This document shows, one piece after another, positions 57,957 through 64,000 of a stretch of DNA of 64,000 nucleotides (positions are counted from its first letter, which is position 1; each line of letters opens with the position of its first letter). Source of the stretch: Bacteroidia bacterium (lineage in GTDB: Bacteria > Bacteroidota > Bacteroidia > B-17B0 > Aurantibacillaceae); assembly GCA_038206945.1 (NCBI GenBank), contig JBBRAG010000015.1, positions 8,617 to 72,616 on the forward strand. Reading direction: 5' to 3'. A program made the translations under genes and the position numbers. Below the pieces are notes generated by a model, which was not told the DNA's origin, ran no database searches, and was given only the letters and a program-made list of their open reading frames with translations.

Positions 57957-59242
57957 GAACATCGTTTATCCAAAAACTTAATTGGCTTACGGCTCGTTTC
58001 TGGTAAAATAAGTTTTTGTAGTTTTTCTATTTCAGTAAAAATTAGGTTAGGTGCAACACGCAATTTAGCCCTGAAAAAATCTTTAATTTCTTTTTCTAAT
58101 TTCTCCGAAGGGTTTGCACAGCCAATGTGTACAAGCAATTCGTCTGTGCCAATTTCATTGGTAAACACCTCTACTTGATAATTTTTTACTTCTTCCAGCA
58201 CATCTAAAATTTCATACAAAGCATGTGGATAAATAGTAGTGCCTTTGTATTTTATCATTTGTTTTTTTCTGCCCAAAATCGGACTTAAACGTACGCTCGT
58301 TCTTCCGCATTTACATTTCTCATAATGTATTTTGCAAATATCGCCTGTCTTGAAACGCAACAACGGCATAGCTTCTACGCCTAATGTAGTTATCACTAAT
58401 TCTCCGGCTTCGTTATTTTTAATTTCGTTTCCGACCTCATCAATTAATTCAATAAATAATAAATCGGGTTGATGATGCGCACCAACACCGTGCTCACATT
58501 CTGTAAAAGCAGCGGCCATTTCGCTGGAAGCATACGTTGAGAACAATTTTAAATTCCAATTCTCTGTAATTTTTTTGCCCAATTTATTTAGAGAAAAATT
58601 TTCGTTTCTAATGGGTTCTCCAATGCAAATAGCTTTTTGTATGCTTGAGTTTTTATAATCTATATTATGTTGTTTAGCATACTCAACTAATTTTAAAATA
58701 AAAGATGGCACACAAATTATAACGTTTGGTTTTACACGATTGATGGTATCCCACTGCAATTGCGGTATGCCGTTACCCACACGAATAATGCCTGCACCCA
58801 GTTTACGCGCGCCTAAAAAATACGCAAGTCCGGCCATAAAACGCTTATCAATAGTTGTCATTAATTGATACACATCTTTAGCGGAGCCGCCTGTAATTTT
58901 AAACGAATTACATTCGTTACCCGCTAATCTTTCTAAATCGTTTTCTGTAAGAGCAATGGTAACAGGCTCTCCAAGTGTACCGGATGTAGTAACGTAATCA
59001 ATTATTTTTTCTCGATCGACACAAAAAAAGTCAACATTGTACTTTTGTATATCTTCTTTTGTGGTAAACGGTATTTGTTTAAAATTTGCAATAGATTTTA
59101 TTTTTTCATAATGAATATTGTTTTCAAAAAACAGTTTTTTATAAAAAGTAGAGTTTTTATTTACATACTCAACCATTTGAATAAGCTGATTTTTTTTATG
59201 TTTCAACACTTCTTCATTATCTGCAAAAATAAGTTCGGTCAT
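57953..59242 (-). CDS. phenylacetate-CoA ligase-like AMP-forming ligase
   Basis: TTSGTLGEP, STYASSE, RFKTGD, GR...IKYKG..YP. Confidence 0.88.
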   Translation of the reverse strand: MTELIFADNEEVLKHKKNQLIQMVEYVNKNSTFYKKLFFENNIHYEKIKSIANFKQIPFTTKEDIQKYNVDFFCVDREKIIDYVTTSGTLGEPVTIALTENDLERLAGNECNSFKITGGSAKDVYQLMTTIDKRFMAGLAYFLGARKLGAGIIRVGNGIPQLQWDTINRVKPNVIICVPSFILKLVEYAKQHNIDYKNSSIQKAICIGEPIRNENFSLNKLGKKITENWNLKLFSTYASSEMAAAFTECEHGVGAHHQPDLLFIELIDEVGNEIKNNEAGELVITTLGVEAMPLLRFKTGDICKIHYEKCKCGRTSVRLSPILGRKKQMIKYKGTTIYPHALYEILDVLEEVKNYQVEVFTNEIGTDELLVHIGCANPSEKLEKEIKDFFRAKLRVAPNLIFTEIEKLQKLILPETSRKPIKFLDKRCS

Positions 59243-59243
59243 A

Positions 59244-60935
59244 TTATAAAGTAAGTTTTGCGATTTGTTTTTTAATTTCTTTTAGCTCTTTATTAGTAGC
59301 AATTTCTTTTGTCAGAGCGGTTTGATAATACATTACAGCTAATTTTTTATCACCCTTTTTTTTGTAATAATCTGCCATAATTTGGTAGGTGTAATAACTG
59401 TTAGGATTGCTTGCTACTAAGGCTTTTATAACATCTTCATCAACTTTTAAATTACACTTTGCTTTGGTGCAAAAACGCACATAATTTTTAATTTTTTGAA
59501 ACAGTAAAAAGTTTTTGTACTCTTTTGTTTGAAGAAAAGTATCTGCTGAAATAGTCATCGGAGTTTCATTAATTACTTTATTTGTTTTAAGCGTTGGAGC
59601 TTCAGCAAAAACCTTATTTAAATCGTAACAAATAAATTGCCCTAATTGAAACGGTTGTGTAGAAACCCACACCAGCCTGTCTTGCGGAGAAAACACAACT
59701 GCATGATGCGCTATTAATTGATTGATTGCTTTTTCGTTTCCTAAACCAATATCTCTGTTATTAATGCCTTTTCTATCGCGTAAAATAGTTGCGGCATCTT
59801 TATAATTTACAGCTTTGTAATTGCTTAGTAATTGCTCCATTCTGTATTTTCTAAACATAGATGAACTCTCTACAATGTTTTTATTGTTGTTTACATCTTT
59901 GGCAAATGCTTCACTTTGGTAATGATTCGGACAAACGATTTGGTTTCTATCTTCTTGATACAAATTTGTTTTAGTGGGAGTTTTTTCAATGATGAAGCAT
60001 TTATTATCTTCGGAAGATGCAATTAAAATAGATTCTGAAACAAAAGTTTTTCGTTTCTCGGCAATAGCATAAGCCTCTTTTATGTTTTTAGTATATTGCA
60101 AAATTTCTTTCGCTAATAAAGAGATGGGTGTGGCTACACCTGTTGGTATATCGCTCTTTGCAGCATTTAAGGTAACGGTCAAGCCTTTATCGTTCATACC
60201 CGAAACAACGCCTGTAAAACCTGCCCAAGTTATGTACATGTATTTATAGCCGGTAGTGGGTTTTACAAAGGCAACAATTTTGTTTTTTGCAAAATCATCG
60301 CCCGAATAAAAATCAAAACTTCTGCCGACTAATAATTTTCCGGTTTCAGATCTGTCATTCCAAACACCAAAAGAGGTACAGCCAACGGCCATGTTTTTAT
60401 CTTGCAAAGCATGCCCAATATCGTGTGCAGCGTGGTAATTTAATATGCGATAATACTTGGGTGCCATTTTATCAAACTTATTGGAGGCAGAAAGCGACAC
60501 TCCATAAATTTCTTGTTGGTATTCGTCTGTAATGTTTTTAGTCAGATTTCTATTAAAGTAAGCGACAAAATATTTCAAAAAATTCAAGTAAAAATCAGAC
60601 GGAATAATTGTTTTTATTTGCTTAATAAATGCAATTTCTTGTTGCTCAGCTAACTCTTTTGTCAGCTTGCCATTTATAACACCTCGTTCAAAACCATCAC
60701 CTTCCAAATACAGCTCCCACAGCTCGCTTTGGCTCTTTTTAAGCCAATTATTTCCAATTTTATAGAAGTTTGTGTCAAGTGTTTGTCGTGTGAAATTTAA
60801 AGAAGTTTTATCTTTTATTTCAGGCGTAGCCACATAAATACTCGCCAAAAAATAAATCAAAAAAACAACTAGCAAAATACCTATGACAAGTATGGTTTTT
60901 TTTGTAAAACGAAATATGGTTTTCAGTGTTGACAA
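59244..60935 (-). CDS. C45 family autoproteolytic acyltransferase/hydrolase with C-terminal TPR
   Basis: N-terminal TM anchor, VG-CTSF nucleophile site, GR.FDF, W.GF.GV.SGMN..GL. Confidence 0.85.
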   Translation of the reverse strand: MSTLKTIFRFTKKTILVIGILLVVFLIYFLASIYVATPEIKDKTSLNFTRQTLDTNFYKIGNNWLKKSQSELWELYLEGDGFERGVINGKLTKELAEQQEIAFIKQIKTIIPSDFYLNFLKYFVAYFNRNLTKNITDEYQQEIYGVSLSASNKFDKMAPKYYRILNYHAAHDIGHALQDKNMAVGCTSFGVWNDRSETGKLLVGRSFDFYSGDDFAKNKIVAFVKPTTGYKYMYITWAGFTGVVSGMNDKGLTVTLNAAKSDIPTGVATPISLLAKEILQYTKNIKEAYAIAEKRKTFVSESILIASSEDNKCFIIEKTPTKTNLYQEDRNQIVCPNHYQSEAFAKDVNNNKNIVESSSMFRKYRMEQLLSNYKAVNYKDAATILRDRKGINNRDIGLGNEKAINQLIAHHAVVFSPQDRLVWVSTQPFQLGQFICYDLNKVFAEAPTLKTNKVINETPMTISADTFLQTKEYKNFLLFQKIKNYVRFCTKAKCNLKVDEDVIKALVASNPNSYYTYQIMADYYKKKGDKKLAVMYYQTALTKEIATNKELKEIKKQIAKLTL

Positions 60936-60955
60936 GTAAAAAATTAATTTACCTG

Positions 60956-60963
60956 CAAATTTA
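60956..60963 (-). promoter_or_regulatory. -7 box TAAATTTG for C45 / ligase operon
   Basis: Reverse-strand TAnnTTTG 20 nt before the TTG start. Confidence 0.5.
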
Positions 60964-61012
60964 CGATTTTACAAGCACATAAATTAAATACAGGTTTGTA
61001 TATTCGCAATCT

Positions 61013-62539
61013 ATGAGTACAATAAAAATTGGTGCCGAAAAACTTACACTTTCAATTTGCAAACAAATTTTAATTGATAATGCCGTTATTGAAATTGATT
61101 CTACTGCTTTACAAAGAGTTTATGAGAGCCATTATTTCTTAAAAGAGTTTATAAAAGATAAGCTTATTTATGGCGTAAATACCGGGTTTGGGCCTATGGC
61201 GCAATATAAAATCAGTCATGATGATCAGATACAATTACAGTACAATTTAATACGTAGCCACTGTAGCGGTAGCGGAAACCCTATTGCAGAAATTAATGTA
61301 CGCGCAACCATGTTGGCTCGTCTTAATATGTTGTTGTTGGGTTATTCGGGCATACATCCTAAGGCTGTTACGCTTTTGCAAGAAATGATTAATCGCAAAA
61401 TTTCGCCGGTTATATTTGAGCACGGCGGCTTGGGTGCCAGCGGAGATTTAGTGCAGTTGGCGCATCTTGCTTTAGCTATGATTGGCGAAGGAGATGTACA
61501 TTATAAAGGAGAAATTACTTCAGCCGAAAAAGCGTTTAAAACCGAAAAATTAACGCCGCTTAACATACACATTCGTGAAGGATTAGCGCTGATGAACGGT
61601 ACATCAGCCATGTGTGGCATAGGTATTATCAATTTACTAAATGCTAAAAACCTTTTAGAAAAAGCTACGCAGGCATCTGCCATGGTGATAGAAATGGTAG
61701 AGTCTTATGATGATCATTATTCGAACGAATTAAACAGTGTAAAACTTCATCGCGGACAAAACCAAATTGCTAAAAACATTAGAGAACATTTAGCGGATAG
61801 TAAGTTGGTAAAAAAACGCAGTCAGCATTTATACGACCAACCAACAACCGAAACTGTTGTAAAAGAAAAAGTGCAAGAATATTATTCTATACGCTGTGTG
61901 CCGCAAATACTGGGGCCTGTGTATGATACCATTGCTTTTGCAGAAGAAGTTATTATTGATGAAATAAATTCGGCAAACGATAACCCCATTGTTGATTACA
62001 AGAATAAAAATGTTTTTCATGGCGGAAATTTTCACGGAGATTACCCAGCTATTGAAATGGATAAATTAAAAATTGCTATTACCAAACTTTCTATGTTGGC
62101 AGAAAGGCAGTTGAATTTTTTAATGAATGATAAATTAAACGGAAAGCTTCCTCCGTTTGTAAACTTGGGTACGCTTGGTTTAAACCTAGGTATGCAAGGC
62201 ACGCAATTTACAGCAACATCTACCGTGGCCGAAAATCAAACCCTATCAAACCCCATGTACATACACAGCATCCCTTCTAATAACGATAACCAAGATATTG
62301 TGAGCATGGGTTCAAATGCTGCGCTAATGGCTCAAAAAGTTATTAATAATACCTACGAGGTTTTGGCAATTGAATTTATGAGTATCATTCAGGCTATAGA
62401 TTATTTAAAATGCGAAGACAAATTATCGGCCGTTTCTAAAAAATTATATAAAGAAATGCGCACACTTGTTCCTGTTTGGGAAAAAGACACCATTCAATAC
62501 ATTCGTCAGCAAAAAATTATAGGGTATCTTAAAAAGTAA
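61013..62539 (+). CDS. aromatic amino acid ammonia-lyase (HAL/PAL/TAL family; flexirubin-type TAL-like)
   Basis: YGVNTGFG, MIO motif GASGD, EGLA.MNGT, YS.RC.PQ, NQDIVSMG. Confidence 0.9.
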   Translation: MSTIKIGAEKLTLSICKQILIDNAVIEIDSTALQRVYESHYFLKEFIKDKLIYGVNTGFGPMAQYKISHDDQIQLQYNLIRSHCSGSGNPIAEINVRATMLARLNMLLLGYSGIHPKAVTLLQEMINRKISPVIFEHGGLGASGDLVQLAHLALAMIGEGDVHYKGEITSAEKAFKTEKLTPLNIHIREGLALMNGTSAMCGIGIINLLNAKNLLEKATQASAMVIEMVESYDDHYSNELNSVKLHRGQNQIAKNIREHLADSKLVKKRSQHLYDQPTTETVVKEKVQEYYSIRCVPQILGPVYDTIAFAEEVIIDEINSANDNPIVDYKNKNVFHGGNFHGDYPAIEMDKLKIAITKLSMLAERQLNFLMNDKLNGKLPPFVNLGTLGLNLGMQGTQFTATSTVAENQTLSNPMYIHSIPSNNDNQDIVSMGSNAALMAQKVINNTYEVLAIEFMSIIQAIDYLKCEDKLSAVSKKLYKEMRTLVPVWEKDTIQYIRQQKIIGYLKK

Positions 62540-62562
62540 TTATTTTGAGAGTGCTTTTATTA

Positions 62563-64000
62563 CTATCCTTTTATGCGTAGAGCCTGTAAGCTATAGGTTT
62601 TACCTTTTATAACCATAAAAGTCATTTGCTTGGTTTTAGGTATAATTGTGCCTGTGCCAGGTATGTAGCACCATTTATCTTTTTCGTTACGAAACATTGA
62701 TTGACGCGCAACATTCCCGTTAACGTCTATTTTTACGCATACAGCAACGCCGCCGGTAATATTTTTGATAGCTTTATATTTTTTACCATTTTCGTAGGCT
62801 TCTATCGGCTGTTCAACATTTTTAGGGTGTTCAACATAAAATAAATATAGGTTATTTCCGTTAACAGCGATATCTCCTTCCGACATGTCTTCTTTGCTTG
62901 AAGAGGCACTTCCGTATTTTGGGATAAGTTTACTGAAAACAATTTTCCCCGAAGCATCAAACTTTGTTACAACATACTCGCGCGCAATATATCTTACAGA
63001 GGTATAACTCATTGAAGACGATGAGCTGCTACTAGTGGTAACCACTATATAATGGCTACTTTCTATTAAAAATTGTCCCCCATCAGCAGTCTTGATAAGT
63101 CCCTCAGAAACAAAATCCCAATCATCAGGATTCTTAATAGTACCAATTTTATAATCTAATTGCTTGTAAATATTACTGGAATAGTAGCCGAAATTAGATG
63201 AGATAATAGATGCTTTATTCAAATCGATCGAAATAGAATATGCACCTATTAGATTATCACGTTTAGCCTCCTTTGGATAGGCATCTTTAAACGAACCGTA
63301 GTAAGTAATTTTGCCTTTGTCCGTTTGTACTTCGTCGTAATTTTCTAAGTATTTATATTCAATAGGAAGGGGGACAAATTTATCTGTATTGGCAGCCGTA
63401 TTATGTACTACAAGTATTTCGTAGCGGGGGTTTCTTTTTTCTTTTTTTTCTGAAATTTTTATGTTGGGAAGAATGAAGTAAAAAATATTACCTTCGTTGG
63501 TAACGCCATAGGCAGATGAGTTCATCAGTTTTCCATCTTTACTATTAATCAGGTTAATTGTTTTTGTGATAGATAAAGATGCCACATCATAAATTTCAGC
63601 CTTAACCACTTGAGGTTTTTCTGTCCATTGAAAGGCAGATATTATCATCATTTTTTTATGGTCAGGCGAAAAAGAAATATCAAACTTTCGTCCTTTTGTA
63701 CCAAAAGGATCACTTTCAAGTATACTAACGGTTTTTTTATCAACCAAAAGTTTACCTGTATTTTTATCTAACACATTTAGGTACAGGTTTTTGTTTCTTC
63801 CATCATAAAGAGAGGTAAAAAAAAGAACTTTATCTTTTGCCACATATGTGCCCTCTACGTCTTCTATTTTAATAAGTTGGAATACTTTAAGAAAGTGCAT
63901 AAGTAAAAACTTGTGCTCAAAAATAGTTGTCATATCGGGGTTGTATTTGGTAATAGTGTAGGTTCGGTGCTGTTCGTCTGCTTTTATACTTTCTTTGGTT
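62563..64000 (-). CDS. hypothetical protein, 5' end beyond window
   Basis: Frame of the 456-aa ORF stays open to position 64000; beta-rich, no recognised family. Confidence 0.75.
   Translation of the reverse strand, partial: TKESIKADEQHRTYTITKYNPDMTTIFEHKFLLMHFLKVFQLIKIEDVEGTYVAKDKVLFFTSLYDGRNKNLYLNVLDKNTGKLLVDKKTVSILESDPFGTKGRKFDISFSPDHKKMMIISAFQWTEKPQVVKAEIYDVASLSITKTINLINSKDGKLMNSSAYGVTNEGNIFYFILPNIKISEKKEKRNPRYEILVVHNTAANTDKFVPLPIEYKYLENYDEVQTDKGKITYYGSFKDAYPKEAKRDNLIGAYSISIDLNKASIISSNFGYYSSNIYKQLDYKIGTIKNPDDWDFVSEGLIKTADGGQFLIESSHYIVVTTSSSSSSSMSYTSVRYIAREYVVTKFDASGKIVFSKLIPKYGSASSSKEDMSEGDIAVNGNNLYLFYVEHPKNVEQPIEAYENGKKYKAIKNITGGVAVCVKIDVNGNVARQSMFRNEKDKWCYIPGTGTIIPKTKQMTFMVIKGKTYSLQALRIKG

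Overview
AT-rich Bacteroidota chromosome segment, identified by many TAnnTTTG -7 promoter boxes, a fused lpxC/fabZ and a short nuoG. It is mostly housekeeping: PhoH, trxA/trxB, nth, glmM, folP, 2-oxoacid dehydrogenase E2, uvrC, hemE, a complete nuoA-N operon, pruA and lpxD-lpxC/fabZ-lpxA. No rRNA, tRNA, CRISPR array or transposase was seen. Notable points: (1) Many junctions of the nuo operon hold inserted cargo: two MNT-HEPN toxin-antitoxin pairs, a VOC gene, an antisense chimeric ORF and several families of short palindromic repeats. (2) A three-copy structured three-way-junction element with variable arms lies in sense orientation just downstream of genes. (3) An M1 aminopeptidase is fused to an Omp85/BamA-like barrel, and its signal peptide is partly encoded by a REP-like palindrome. 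(4) Two toxin genes each carry a single in-frame TAA while their antitoxins stay intact. (5) A 40-aa lipoprotein ORF is missing from the ORF track. (6) A detached three-gene flexirubin-type starter module is present. All family calls come from motif recognition by eye, not from database searches.
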